From: an uncultured Acidobacteriaceae bacterium
GTDB lineage: Bacteria; Acidobacteriota; Terriglobia; Terriglobales; Acidobacteriaceae
DNA: 64,000 nucleotides
Reading direction: 5' to 3'
Assembly: GCA_964242195.1 (NCBI GenBank)
Contig: CAXTBI010000007.1
Span: 6 to 64,005, forward strand
Below, in pieces: positions 1 to 10,019 of this stretch; within the stretch, counting starts at the first letter, position 1, and every line of letters begins with the position of its first letter. The notes below the pieces were generated by a model. The model saw nothing but the letters and a program-made list of their open reading frames with translations, had not been told where the DNA came from and searched no databases. Position numbers and translations under genes: made by a program.

Positions 1-49
1 CACCTCCCGCATACTGCAGGGGGCCACCTCCTGTGCTCTGGTGTACACC

Positions 50-1348
50 ATGCGCCGCTTGATCTGCCGGACTCCGACCGCTTCCCTCGCTTTCGCACCC
101 GACTCAAGGAGCCGCCGCCTTCTCCCTTGTGCCGCCCTGGCCCTTTTGTCGCTTCCCATCCTGGGCTCCCCTCCGCGTTTTGCCGCCCAAACCGCAGCCC
201 CGGCCAGGACCACGCATACCGAACCGGAGTCCACTCCCAACTCCGTTCCCATCTACGGAGCGGTTACCGGGCACGTCTACCTTGCCGGCTCCAACCTGCC
301 GGCGCGTTTTGTGCAGGTCGCGCTGCAACCCATCAACATACAGGTGCCCAAGGATGTTCCCGGCAAGCCGGTGCAAGGAAATTTTGCGGTGTACCAAAGC
401 GACCTCAATGGCGCCTTCACCCTGAATCGTGTGGTGCCCGGAAGCTATTACCTTGTCGTCAAGTCCCCGGGGACGTTGTCTCCGCTCGCGGCTTTCTCCC
501 TCGCCGAGCTGCAACACCCGGACGCGGATACGAGCAAACGCATCGCGGCGAGCGTGCCCATGGTTACCGTCGTTCCCGGTGCGGCCGCCAACGTGACGCT
601 TACCCTGCAGCCCGGCGCACGTCTGGGTGGAATAGTCCGCTTCGACGACGGCACAGCCTTCGCCCAGGCCGGGGTTTCCGTGCAGCGCCGCGATGCGGAA
701 GGCAAGTGGACCAGCCCCCGCGCCAGCGAAAGCTATGCTCAGACCGATCTCGAGGGCCGCTGGGAAATTGGCGGCTTGCCGGACGGCGTGTACCGCGTGC
801 ACGTCGATTTGCAGGTCCAGGAACGTCACCAAAGTGCTCTGCTTACCGACAGTTCCTCCTCCTGGAATAGCACCGTCACATCTCTCCCTATCTACGAGGG
901 CGACACGGTCCGCGAGCGCGATGCGAAAACCGTGACGCTGGGCACGGCCGAAGTACGCGGAGATCTGAACATTACGATCCCGGTCTCGAAAATGCACGCC
1001 GTTGCCGGGACCGTGGTCGATGCGCGCACCGGCCAACCGGTCAACATGGGCCGCGTCACGCTCAGCTTCGCCGATGACGGCAAGGAACTCGCCTCCGTTC
1101 CTCTGGATTCCGAGACCTTGACCTTTACTTTTCCGTTCGTTCTTGAAGGCGAATACAAACTGGGCTCCAAGGACGCCCGCACCGTGCGCTTCGAGCAAAG
1201 CGGCGATGGCCCCTACGACCCCTTTCACGAGCATCGCAAGGAAGTCGTCCTGCGGGCCTACGCCCCGGGCGAAATCCCCGTGATCGTGCAGGGCGATCTG
1301 AGCGGCGTCAGCCTCCCGGTAACCAGCAAACCCGCAAAAGATCAGTAA
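50..1348 (+). CDS. Secreted carboxypeptidase-regulatory-like (CnaB/transthyretin-like beta-sandwich repeat) protein
   Basis: ORF 41..1348, ATG at 50. It has a hydrophobic signal (ALALLSLPILG) and three repeats of the G.V.G.V...G.P / D..G.F....L.PG.Y pattern. Confidence 0.7.
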   Translation: MRRLICRTPTASLAFAPDSRSRRLLPCAALALLSLPILGSPPRFAAQTAAPARTTHTEPESTPNSVPIYGAVTGHVYLAGSNLPARFVQVALQPINIQVPKDVPGKPVQGNFAVYQSDLNGAFTLNRVVPGSYYLVVKSPGTLSPLAAFSLAELQHPDADTSKRIAASVPMVTVVPGAAANVTLTLQPGARLGGIVRFDDGTAFAQAGVSVQRRDAEGKWTSPRASESYAQTDLEGRWEIGGLPDGVYRVHVDLQVQERHQSALLTDSSSSWNSTVTSLPIYEGDTVRERDAKTVTLGTAEVRGDLNITIPVSKMHAVAGTVVDARTGQPVNMGRVTLSFADDGKELASVPLDSETLTFTFPFVLEGEYKLGSKDARTVRFEQSGDGPYDPFHEHRKEVVLRAYAPGEIPVIVQGDLSGVSLPVTSKPAKDQ

Positions 1349-1474
1349 AGCTCAAGAAAGCTTCAAAATCGGTGCCGCCCATTCAGCCTTGCCTTCACGC
1401 GTGGGGTTCTGCCTCGATCCGGTCAAAGCACGCTAAAACGCCTCGCGGGGATTCCGCATCTATTCTTGGCAGTC

Positions 1475-4400
1475 ATGGACCGTTCCCAGTACACCGCCAA
1501 ACCGCTGCTCAACACCCCCATTGCGTTCGTACCCGACACTTTTATCGATGTAGACGGCGTGAAAGTTGCGGCGCAGGTGGGTGAGCCGCTGATTTCGGCC
1601 ATCAATCGTAAAGCCGCCATCGAAGGCATCACCGGCATCCCGCAGGTCTGTTACCTGCCGCCCATGGGCCCGGTCAACACCTGCGACACATGCATCGTGG
1701 AGCTCAACGGGGAGCTTGTGCGCTCCTGCAGCGCCACCGTTGCGCGAGGCCAGCAGGTCCTTTCCGCCTCCGATCGCGCCGACGTTGCCAAACGCGAAGC
1801 CTTCGACCGTATCCTCGAGAACCACAACCTCTACTGCACGGTCTGCGACAACAACAATGGCAACTGCACCGTCCACAACGCCACCGCCGAGCTCAATGTG
1901 CAGCACCAGGTGCGCGAATTTCGTACCAAGGGCTACCAACAGGATCACTCCAACCCGTTCTATCGCTACGATCCCAGCCAGTGCATCCTTTGCGGCCGCT
2001 GCGTCGAGGCCTGCCAAAATGTCCAGGTCAACGAAACCCTCACCATCAGCTGGGAACGGGAGATGCCCCGCGTCATGTGGGACGGCGGCGAGACGATCGA
2101 CGGCTCCTCCTGCGTTAGCTGCGGCCATTGCATCACGGTTTGCCCCTGCAACGCCCTGATGGAAAAAAGCATGGTCGGCCACGCGGGCTACCTCACCGGC
2201 CTTCCTCCAAAGGTGCTCGACAACATGATCGAAGCCGTCAAGGGCATCGAACCCTCGACCGGCTACCCCGTCATCCTCGCGCTTTCTGAGACGGAAGCCG
2301 AGATGCGCAAACAGCGCGACAAGCGCACCAAAACTGTGTGCACCTACTGCGGCGTCGGCTGCTCGTACGACATCTGGACCCGCGACCGCCACATCCTCAA
2401 AGTTGAGCCCGCGCACGGCCCGGCCAACGGCATCTCCACCTGCGTCAAAGGCAAGTTCGGCTGGGATTACACCAACTCCGATGAACGCCTCCGCAAACCG
2501 CTGAAGCGCAGCACCACCGCGGCCGGTGCCGCCACCTTCGTCGAAATCGAGTGGGACGAAGCCATCGAAATCGTACGCGAACGCTTCACCGCGATCAAAT
2601 CCCAACACGGTCCCGACGCCCTCGCCTTTATCGCTTCCTCAAAATGCAGCAATGAGGAAAGCTACATGGTGCAGAAGCTGGCCCGTGCCGTCATCGGCAC
2701 CAACAATATCGACAACTGCAGCCGCTACTGCCAGACCCCGGCCTCCAAGGGCCTGAACCGCACGGTGGGCTATGGCGGCGATTCCGGTTCCATTTCCGAC
2801 ATCGAAATCGCCGATCTCGTCATCGTCATCGGCTCCAACACTACCGAAAGCCATCCCGTGCTGGCCACGCGGGTCAAGCGCTCGCACAAATTTCGCGGCC
2901 AGCGCCTCATCGTCGCCGACCTTCGCCGCCATGAAATGGCAGAGCGTGCCGACCTGTTCCTTCGACCCAACCCGTCCACGGACGAAGTCTGGCTGTTGGC
3001 CGTCGCCAAACACCTCATCGACACGGATCGCCATGACGCCAAATTCATCAAGCAGTGGGTCAATAAATTCGAGGAATTCCGCAAGTCGCTCGAGCCCTAC
3101 ACCCTGGAGCACGCCGAGCGGATCACCGGCCTCTCGGTCGACCAGCTCAAGCAGGTAGCCGATGAGATCTACGCCGCCAAAAACGGCGTGTGCATCCTTT
3201 GGGCGATGGGTGTCACCCAACATTGCGGCGGCTCCGACACCTCCACCGCCGCCTGCAATCTGCTGCTTGCCAGCGGCAATTTCAGAAAGCCCGGCTCCGG
3301 CGGCTACCCCTTGCGCGGCCACAACAACGTGCAAGGCGCCAGCGACTTCGGCTCCATGCCGGACGTCTTCCCCGGCTACCAAAAGGTCGACGACGCGGAC
3401 ATTCGCGCCAAATTTGAAACCGCCTGGGGCGTCACCCTCCCCGTCACCAGGGGCCTCGACAACCGCGAAATGATCACCGCCATCCATGAGGGCACACTTC
3501 GCTCCCTCTACATCACCGGTGAAGACACCATCACCTCCGACGCCAACGCCTTCGACGTCGCCGAAGCCCTCAGCAAGCTCGACTTCCTCGTGATGCAGGA
3601 CATCTTCTTCTCCGAAACCTGTAAATACGCCGACCTCATCCTCCCTGCCTCGCCCACGCTCGAAAAAGACGGCACCTTTGTCAATACCGAACGCCGCTTC
3701 CAACGCTTCTACAAGGCCTTCGACCCGCTCGCCGACTCCAAACCCGACTGGCAAATTTACAAACTCATTGCCCAGGCCATGGGCGCTGCCGGCGGCTGGA
3801 ACTACAATCATCCGTCCGAGGTCATGGACGAGGTCGCCCGCCTCACCCCCACCTTCGCCGGCGTCACGTACGAGCGCCTCGAAGGCTACAAAAGCCTCCA
3901 GTGGCCCGTGCACGCCGATGGCACCGACGAGCCGCTCCTCTATACCCGGGAATTCCCGTTCCCGGACGGCAAAGCCATGTTCCATCCACTCGTGTACATT
4001 CCGCCCAGTGAAGAGCTCACCGAAACCTACGATCTCCACGTCAACAACGGTCGCCTCCTCGAGCATTTCGAACAGGGCAACATGAGCTATCGCGTGCCCG
4101 GCATCAAGGACATCACACCCAACATCTTCCTTGAAATCTCCCCCGAACTCGCCCGGGAGCGAGGCATCGAAACCGGCCAGTTCGTTCGTCTGGAAAACAA
4201 GTACGGGCAGGTGAAGCTTTCCGTCCTCGTGACCTCGCGGGTGCAGGGCAAGCAGATCTATATGCCCATGATTTCCACGGAAGAAGCGGTCAACAAACTC
4301 ACCAGCATGCACGTCGATCGCGCCACACACACGCCGGCCTACAAAGAAGTCGCCGTGAAAATGACCATCCTGCCTGAAAAAGGTCCCTCACCCCTGCCGC

Positions 4401-4540
4401 GCAGAAATTTCCGCTTCGGCACGCGCACCCCCACCGACGGCGTCCAGGTCGAAAAGAAATGGCAATACCAGGACTACTGGCTCCCCGGCACCCGCCTCAA
4501 AGACAAACTCGTACAGATCAAAACCACCGAGCCGTCCTAA
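1475..4540 (+). CDS. fdhF: Formate dehydrogenase alpha-like molybdopterin oxidoreductase (YjgC type) with N-terminal NuoG-like Fe-S domains
   Basis: Fe-S motifs CDTC, HNLYCTVC, CILCGRC, CVSCGHC and TVCTYCGVGC; active-site NCSRYCQ; PLRGHNNVQG; EKDGTFVNTERR. Confidence 0.9.
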   Translation: MDRSQYTAKPLLNTPIAFVPDTFIDVDGVKVAAQVGEPLISAINRKAAIEGITGIPQVCYLPPMGPVNTCDTCIVELNGELVRSCSATVARGQQVLSASDRADVAKREAFDRILENHNLYCTVCDNNNGNCTVHNATAELNVQHQVREFRTKGYQQDHSNPFYRYDPSQCILCGRCVEACQNVQVNETLTISWEREMPRVMWDGGETIDGSSCVSCGHCITVCPCNALMEKSMVGHAGYLTGLPPKVLDNMIEAVKGIEPSTGYPVILALSETEAEMRKQRDKRTKTVCTYCGVGCSYDIWTRDRHILKVEPAHGPANGISTCVKGKFGWDYTNSDERLRKPLKRSTTAAGAATFVEIEWDEAIEIVRERFTAIKSQHGPDALAFIASSKCSNEESYMVQKLARAVIGTNNIDNCSRYCQTPASKGLNRTVGYGGDSGSISDIEIADLVIVIGSNTTESHPVLATRVKRSHKFRGQRLIVADLRRHEMAERADLFLRPNPSTDEVWLLAVAKHLIDTDRHDAKFIKQWVNKFEEFRKSLEPYTLEHAERITGLSVDQLKQVADEIYAAKNGVCILWAMGVTQHCGGSDTSTAACNLLLASGNFRKPGSGGYPLRGHNNVQGASDFGSMPDVFPGYQKVDDADIRAKFETAWGVTLPVTRGLDNREMITAIHEGTLRSLYITGEDTITSDANAFDVAEALSKLDFLVMQDIFFSETCKYADLILPASPTLEKDGTFVNTERRFQRFYKAFDPLADSKPDWQIYKLIAQAMGAAGGWNYNHPSEVMDEVARLTPTFAGVTYERLEGYKSLQWPVHADGTDEPLLYTREFPFPDGKAMFHPLVYIPPSEELTETYDLHVNNGRLLEHFEQGNMSYRVPGIKDITPNIFLEISPELARERGIETGQFVRLENKYGQVKLSVLVTSRVQGKQIYMPMISTEEAVNKLTSMHVDRATHTPAYKEVAVKMTILPEKGPSPLPRRNFRFGTRTPTDGVQVEKKWQYQDYWLPGTRLKDKLVQIKTTEPS

Positions 4541-4602
4541 ACGCGTTCTGGATGGTTACGTACCAAATACCCCCCACCACCAACCACGCCCGAAAGGCTT
4601 TC

Positions 4603-5061
4603 ATGGCAAACCCGATCACCTTCACCCCGCTGCCCATCGACCCGCACGTGGAGCTCATGCGCAAGGTGGAAGCCGCTCCTCGCGAACACGCCGAGGCTCT
4701 TCTGGTTGCCTGGGACACCCTGCAAACGGCGCACGATCAGGGCATTCTCGACCTCATCCAGGGCTTGATCGGCGGCCGTGACATCATTGCCGGCAAACTG
4801 GCCGAGGCCGTCGTTCTCCCTGAATCGATCAACGCGATTCGCAACCTCATCGCACTCGGTCGCATCGTCGCCGCGCTCGACCCCGATATGCTCCATCGCC
4901 TCGCGAAAGCGATGGACCAGGGAATGCAGGGCCCCCAACCCGACGGCCAAACGCCCAGCCTCTTCCGGATTGCCCGCCAGGCTACCTCGCCCGAAGGCAA
5001 ACGGGGTCTTTCCTTTGCCGTGCAACTTCTCGTGGCGCTCGGTACCGCTACGGAAGGCTGA
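4603..5061 (+). CDS. DUF1641 / YjgD-like protein
   Basis: Start MANPI at 4603, helical, C-terminal PSLFRIARQATSPEGKRGL. Lies directly downstream of the YjgC-like gene, the usual pairing. Confidence 0.8.
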   Translation: MANPITFTPLPIDPHVELMRKVEAAPREHAEALLVAWDTLQTAHDQGILDLIQGLIGGRDIIAGKLAEAVVLPESINAIRNLIALGRIVAALDPDMLHRLAKAMDQGMQGPQPDGQTPSLFRIARQATSPEGKRGLSFAVQLLVALGTATEG

Positions 5062-5079
5062 CCGGCGCGCAAGGCAATC

Positions 5080-6597
5080 CTAGGTCCAATTGAGATTGGT
5101 TAGCGAGTTTGCAGGTAGCGTGATCTCGCAAACGGCACTCGACGCTCGAACCTTTACCGTGCGCTGGGGGCCGGTGTTGCTGAGAACCAGGCACTTTCGG
5201 CCATCAGGATTGACGAAGCCGACATGCGCTACCCCCTCGATTTCGCCAGTGGAGTCGATGACCCGCGCTCCTCGGCGTGCGGCATGGTTGTAATGCTTGA
5301 TCACCCAGTAGTTCGGGTTGCGTGTGATCTCCTTTGTCTTCGAATCGATGGTGGTTGTGCCCTTCGCATGCACAAAGGGACCAATGTTCGGATTCCCATG
5401 CTCGTCGAGCGCTACATTCCAATCGATGACGCAACGTGCCCAGTTCCGCAAAGCCATCGCACCCCCGGTACCCCCCTCGGCGATCGCGACGTCCGGGGGC
5501 ATCTCGTTGCGCAAGGAACTTAGGTCCATCACTCCCGCTTGGGCTTGGTCAGTGTTCGGCTGGGTCATGGGCCCGGGTGTGGCGGCGGTCCGGTTCGCCG
5601 CGGCTCGCGTCGCAATCGCAAAATGCCCTTCCGTCCAATATTGGTTGATCGTCGGAAACGCGTCGTGAATGCGCGTCATCGCGGTCACGGAACCCACGTA
5701 CGGGTGCCAGGCCACACCGTCGACATACTTGAACACGTCGGGATCCTCAAGCGTGTTCAATACACGGCCCCACAGGTTGAAGTTGTGGTCCAGAAGCCAG
5801 ATTTTCGTTTCGAGACGGGTCGCTCGCAGGGCCGGGCCGAGGTGTTTGCTGATAAAAATCACCTCGTGCTCCTGTGCCCATGCGCATGCAGGCATGCGTT
5901 CCGCCTGCTCCGTATCCGTCTCGTTTTGCGATGTGATTGCATTTACGCGAACGCCCGCCGCCTCGTAAGCTTGCAGATACCGCACCAGATAGCTCGCATA
6001 GGTGCCGAAATTGCTCGGCTTCATGTTGCCGCCCAGCATGCTGCCGCCGTTCTTCATCCAGCCGGGCGGGCTCCACGGGGAAGCCAGGATAAACAGCTCC
6101 GGACGGATCGCACGAGCTCTGAGCAATTGCGGAATGAGGTACGAGCGATCGCGCTCGATGGAAAAACGCTTCAACTCCGGGTCGGGTTCGCCCTCGTCAT
6201 AGCTGAACACCTCGGTAGAAAAGTCGCTCGACCCAACACAGATGCGAATTACGTTCATGCCAAGCTCCGCGGGATCGAAAAGCTCGTGCAGGAACTTCTC
6301 GCGGGCCGCGGGGCTGAGCTGGTTGATCATGAACGTAGCCGCATCCGTCATTGCCGCGCCAAAGCCGAGTATCTCCTGGTAGGTCCTTGCAGGATCGACC
6401 GCGATGACGGCTGTTTCCGACTCGGAAGCCGGCCTCCACTGAAGGTCCTTTTCTCTCGAGAAGCGTTTCGAACCCGAGGTCTGTTCCACTGTGACAGGTC
6501 CAGGAAACTGAGCGAACGCTGAAACTGACCGGGACAGGACGGCGAGTCCAGCGGCTCCGAGTTTAACGAAATCGCGGCGTGTGGCTGGGGACGGCAT
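5080..6597 (-). CDS. GH30 glycoside hydrolase (glucosylceramidase-like), Tat-exported
   Basis: Tat motif TRRDFVK; YQEILGFGAAMTD; ASPWSPPGWMK; acid/base QNE; nucleophile WTEG; DWNVALD. Confidence 0.9.
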   Translation of the reverse strand: MPSPATRRDFVKLGAAGLAVLSRSVSAFAQFPGPVTVEQTSGSKRFSREKDLQWRPASESETAVIAVDPARTYQEILGFGAAMTDAATFMINQLSPAAREKFLHELFDPAELGMNVIRICVGSSDFSTEVFSYDEGEPDPELKRFSIERDRSYLIPQLLRARAIRPELFILASPWSPPGWMKNGGSMLGGNMKPSNFGTYASYLVRYLQAYEAAGVRVNAITSQNETDTEQAERMPACAWAQEHEVIFISKHLGPALRATRLETKIWLLDHNFNLWGRVLNTLEDPDVFKYVDGVAWHPYVGSVTAMTRIHDAFPTINQYWTEGHFAIATRAAANRTAATPGPMTQPNTDQAQAGVMDLSSLRNEMPPDVAIAEGGTGGAMALRNWARCVIDWNVALDEHGNPNIGPFVHAKGTTTIDSKTKEITRNPNYWVIKHYNHAARRGARVIDSTGEIEGVAHVGFVNPDGRKCLVLSNTGPQRTVKVRASSAVCEITLPANSLTNLNWT

Positions 6598-6943
6598 GGG
6601 CGTTCCTTTCGCGTGGAAACAGGCGTGAAGAACCATCGAAATCTTGAATGGTTCACCGAAACGTCAGAACACACATCGGTCTCGATGAAGACGTACAGAC
6701 ATGTATAGAGAACTGCCCGGTTCCCTGTCCAGGGTCTGCCATACCCGGCACGATGAACTACGAAGCAAAACCGTGCTTGCGTTCATTGCAACTACCCTTT
6801 GCACGCGGTAGGTGGTGTTGGGCCGTGTCCAAATGCATCTTTGTACTGGGGCCGCAGAGGTTCGCTTCCCGGCGCAACCATTGCTCGAACAGGCCGGGCG
6901 ACGTGCACCTTTGCGACTAAAAATTCAGCCACCGGAGACGGCG

Positions 6944-8458
6944 ATGACGAACGGGCCATCCAGGTATGACGTAATCATTGTGGGCGGCGGGTCTGCCGGC
7001 TGCGTCATGGCAAACCGACTGAGTGAAGATCGGTCGCGAACCGTTCTTCTCCTGGAAGCCGGCCGCGGGTACGCGCCCGACGAATTTCCGAACGATCTAA
7101 CCAACGCGGCGAGTATCGGTATCGAGCCGACCCACACCTGGGGATACCAAAGCGTTCCGGGATCCACGGCCCACAGCATCGCGGCCTATGCCGGACGTGT
7201 GCTCGGCGGCGGTTCGACCATCAACGGGGGCATCGCGCGACGCGCGCGGCCGAGCGATTTCGCCCGCTGGGAGCAGGATGGCTTGCGCAACTGGTCCTGG
7301 CCCATCGTTCTCGAGGCGTACAAAGCCTTGGAAAATACGACGGCAGGTGAGGACCGTTGGCATGGGCGATCGGGTCCATGGCCAATTCACCAGTCGACGA
7401 TGGATGAGCTTACCCCGGCCGTTCGTGCCTTTGTCGAAACAGCGGCGGCCGCCGGGTATCCGCGCGTGGACGACTTCAACGGCGATCAGCAGGGCGGTAT
7501 CGGGTCCGAGATGAAGAATGTCGTGGATGGCAAACGCCTCAACACCGCCATCATCTACCTGTCAGCCGATGTGCGGGCGCGCCCGAATCTGTTCATTCGA
7601 ACCGATACCCAGGTAGATCGAATCGGTTTCGAGGGCGGACGTGCGACCACGGTCCACCTCGTGGACGGCGAGGTCATTCAGGCCGGCGAAATTGTCCTTT
7701 CGGCCGGCGTGTATGGCAGCCCGGCCATCCTTTTGCGTTCCGGGGTCGGTCCGGCGCGACACCTGCACCAACTCGGCATCGACCTCGTCGCCGACCTGCC
7801 CGTGGGAGAACGGCTTCAGGAGCAACCCATGTACTCGTTGGGCTACCTCCTCAAACCATCCACCGGAGCGACACCGCCAGGCGGCAGCGGTCTTCTTTGG
7901 ACTCGGTCGACCGAGGCACGGCAGGACGAACTCGATCTCGAGCTCTCCATCTCCGTCCAACCAGACCTGGACGACCGGGGCGAGAGGATCCGTGTGCTTC
8001 GCATTTGGGCAGCCGTCGTCCTTCCTCGATCCATCGGCACCGTCCGCTTGAAAAATCGCGATCCGCAGGTCACGCCCCGCATCGACTACAACCTGCTGTC
8101 GGACGCCTCCGATCGTCGTCGGCTGCTGGAACTCATGAAATTGGCCCGAAACCTTGCAGGGAAAGAGCCGATGGCCAGTATGATCGATCGCGAGGTGCTG
8201 CCGGGACCGCAGGTGCAGACCGACGTACAGCTGGAAGCGGCGCTCGACGCGGGTTTGATGACCTTCTATCACGGGACGGCGACCGCTCCCATGGGAGGCG
8301 ACACCGATCCAGCGGCCGTGGTGGACGGAGTGGGCCGTGTACGCGGGGTAAACGGCTTGCGCGTTGTCGATGCGTCGATTCTGCCGCAGGCGCTGTCCAC
8401 CCCCATCAACCTCACAGTCCTGATGGTCGCGGAACGAATCGCCGCGACCTTTGCCTGA
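6944..8458 (+). CDS. GMC family FAD oxidoreductase (choline dehydrogenase-like)
   Basis: YDVIIVGGGSAG; GRVLGGGSTING; SPAILLRSGVGP; catalytic His in FYHGTATAPMG; LRVVDAS. Confidence 0.92.
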   Translation: MTNGPSRYDVIIVGGGSAGCVMANRLSEDRSRTVLLLEAGRGYAPDEFPNDLTNAASIGIEPTHTWGYQSVPGSTAHSIAAYAGRVLGGGSTINGGIARRARPSDFARWEQDGLRNWSWPIVLEAYKALENTTAGEDRWHGRSGPWPIHQSTMDELTPAVRAFVETAAAAGYPRVDDFNGDQQGGIGSEMKNVVDGKRLNTAIIYLSADVRARPNLFIRTDTQVDRIGFEGGRATTVHLVDGEVIQAGEIVLSAGVYGSPAILLRSGVGPARHLHQLGIDLVADLPVGERLQEQPMYSLGYLLKPSTGATPPGGSGLLWTRSTEARQDELDLELSISVQPDLDDRGERIRVLRIWAAVVLPRSIGTVRLKNRDPQVTPRIDYNLLSDASDRRRLLELMKLARNLAGKEPMASMIDREVLPGPQVQTDVQLEAALDAGLMTFYHGTATAPMGGDTDPAAVVDGVGRVRGVNGLRVVDASILPQALSTPINLTVLMVAERIAATFA

Positions 8459-8593
8459 AGTCCGGGATACGCTCTCGTGAGGCCGGCGCAGGCAACAATT
8501 AGCGCATCGACTTTGCACACGCGCACCTCTCGCAAGCATAGGCTGAATACATCACCACCGCGCCCGCAACTCTGGTGCGCGGCGAGCCTGTCA

Positions 8594-8675
8594 GGGTACC
8601 CCACCCCCACCCCAAGACAAGGCGTAAAGCTTGTATTCGCAAGACTTTGATGGAAAGTACGGGGGAGGGGTGTAC
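8594..8675. repeat. Short intergenic element with imperfect C-rich/G-rich terminal inverted repeats (MITE/REP-like)
   Basis: GTACCCCACCCCCAC ... GTACGGGGGAGGGGTGTAC flank an AT-richer core, between convergent genes. Confidence 0.45.
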
Positions 8676-8799
8676 AGGCAAACTGGCCCCGCAAGACATC
8701 GGCCCGGGGACGACCTGAACATTCGTGCTCAGGGAGCGGCGACGGGCGCCCCTATGCGAGGGTTGTCCGAGTTGGACGGCTTCTCGCGTTTATGGGCTG

Positions 8800-9963
8800 C
8801 TAAGGAGCTGGAGAGAAATCCCGCAACCGGTCCACTGTCGGCCCATCCAGTTTTTGTAACAGATCCACCATCAAATCCACGGTCTTGTCGAAGTCCCCCC
8901 GATTCACAATACCGTTGTGGGCGTGAGTATAACGAACCGGAACCACCAGATTGACCGTGGGTGCCCCCGTGCCTGACTCCTGCATCTCGGCCGAGTCGTC
9001 CCCATAGCCTTGTACCAGGTCCAATTGCAAGGGTATTCCATTGCTCTTTGCCGTCTCCTGCACGAAGCGTACGAGCTTTCGGTTTGGGATCTCGCTGGAG
9101 TCATAGAGAAAGATTCCGGGACCGCCACCCAAGTGAGCTTGTGTCTCCTCGGGCCGCCCACCCTGGTCGTTGGCAATGCCGCCCTCGATGGCTAGCCCTA
9201 GATCGGGCTTTACCAGATTAGAAGCGGTGCGAGCCCCGCGGAGCCCGATCTCCTCCTGGGTGGTAGCCACGAAGAAGATCTGGTTCGAGTGAGGCAGCTT
9301 GGCCAAACGTTGCATGGTACGGATCAACACTGCGCAGCCGATGCGATCGTCCCAAGCTTTGCCCAGGTAATTTTGGGTGCCGTTCATTATCGCAAATGCC
9401 GAATCCGGCACCACGGGATCACCCGGTTCAATTCCGAGGGATGCCGCCTCCGCCGGACTGTTAGCACCAACATCGAGGAAAATTGAATTCCGCGGAATCA
9501 CCTCCGTACGTTCCGCTGGTGTGATGACGTGAATGTCCCGTATGCCGGTGACCGCGATCACGGGTCCTTTGCTGCCCAGAATCACCCAGCGCTGATCCAC
9601 CAGCGCCTGGTCCAGCCAGCCGCCCAACATCTGCATGGTCAGCTGACCATTCGTGCCGACACGCCGGATCATGCCGCCCAGCTCGTCCATGTGCGCATCC
9701 ACCATGATGCGTGGACCACTAGTGCCGAGTTGCGCGATCACCGATCCCATGCCGTCGTAACGCACGGCCACCGAGGCTACGGGCTTCATCTCCTCAACCA
9801 TAATGGCGCGGACTGGATCTTCCGCTCCAGGCGGCCCCGGCGCGTCGGCCAGGCGCTGTAGGAGGCGAACGGTCGTGTCGGGTTGCTGTGCGCGAACACA
9901 GGGGCCACAGACGACGAGGAGCGGCAGCAAGGTCGCGAAAGGGCGCTTCAGATTGAATTCCAT
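8800..9963 (-). CDS. M42 family metallo-aminopeptidase with signal peptide
   Basis: Metal-binding motifs DAHMDELG, KAWDDRIG, QEEIGLRGA and RYTHAH. Confidence 0.92.
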   Translation of the reverse strand: MEFNLKRPFATLLPLLVVCGPCVRAQQPDTTVRLLQRLADAPGPPGAEDPVRAIMVEEMKPVASVAVRYDGMGSVIAQLGTSGPRIMVDAHMDELGGMIRRVGTNGQLTMQMLGGWLDQALVDQRWVILGSKGPVIAVTGIRDIHVITPAERTEVIPRNSIFLDVGANSPAEAASLGIEPGDPVVPDSAFAIMNGTQNYLGKAWDDRIGCAVLIRTMQRLAKLPHSNQIFFVATTQEEIGLRGARTASNLVKPDLGLAIEGGIANDQGGRPEETQAHLGGGPGIFLYDSSEIPNRKLVRFVQETAKSNGIPLQLDLVQGYGDDSAEMQESGTGAPTVNLVVPVRYTHAHNGIVNRGDFDKTVDLMVDLLQKLDGPTVDRLRDFSPAP

Positions 9964-10019
9964 AGGCGCAGCGTACCATTAGAAGTGCTGCCTGGCCTAT
10001 AGCCTGAGAAGGAAGACAC

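Noticed and set aside
2729..2731. Selenocysteine recoding in the FDH-like gene
   Set aside because: The codon is TGC (Cys) and there is no in-frame TGA.
2639..4330. Long antisense ORFs (also 104..1234, 24767..26554, 35659..36933, 38942..40078, 42628..44151, 58849..59808)
   Set aside because: Shadow frames of well-supported genes in high-GC DNA, with no recognisable motifs.
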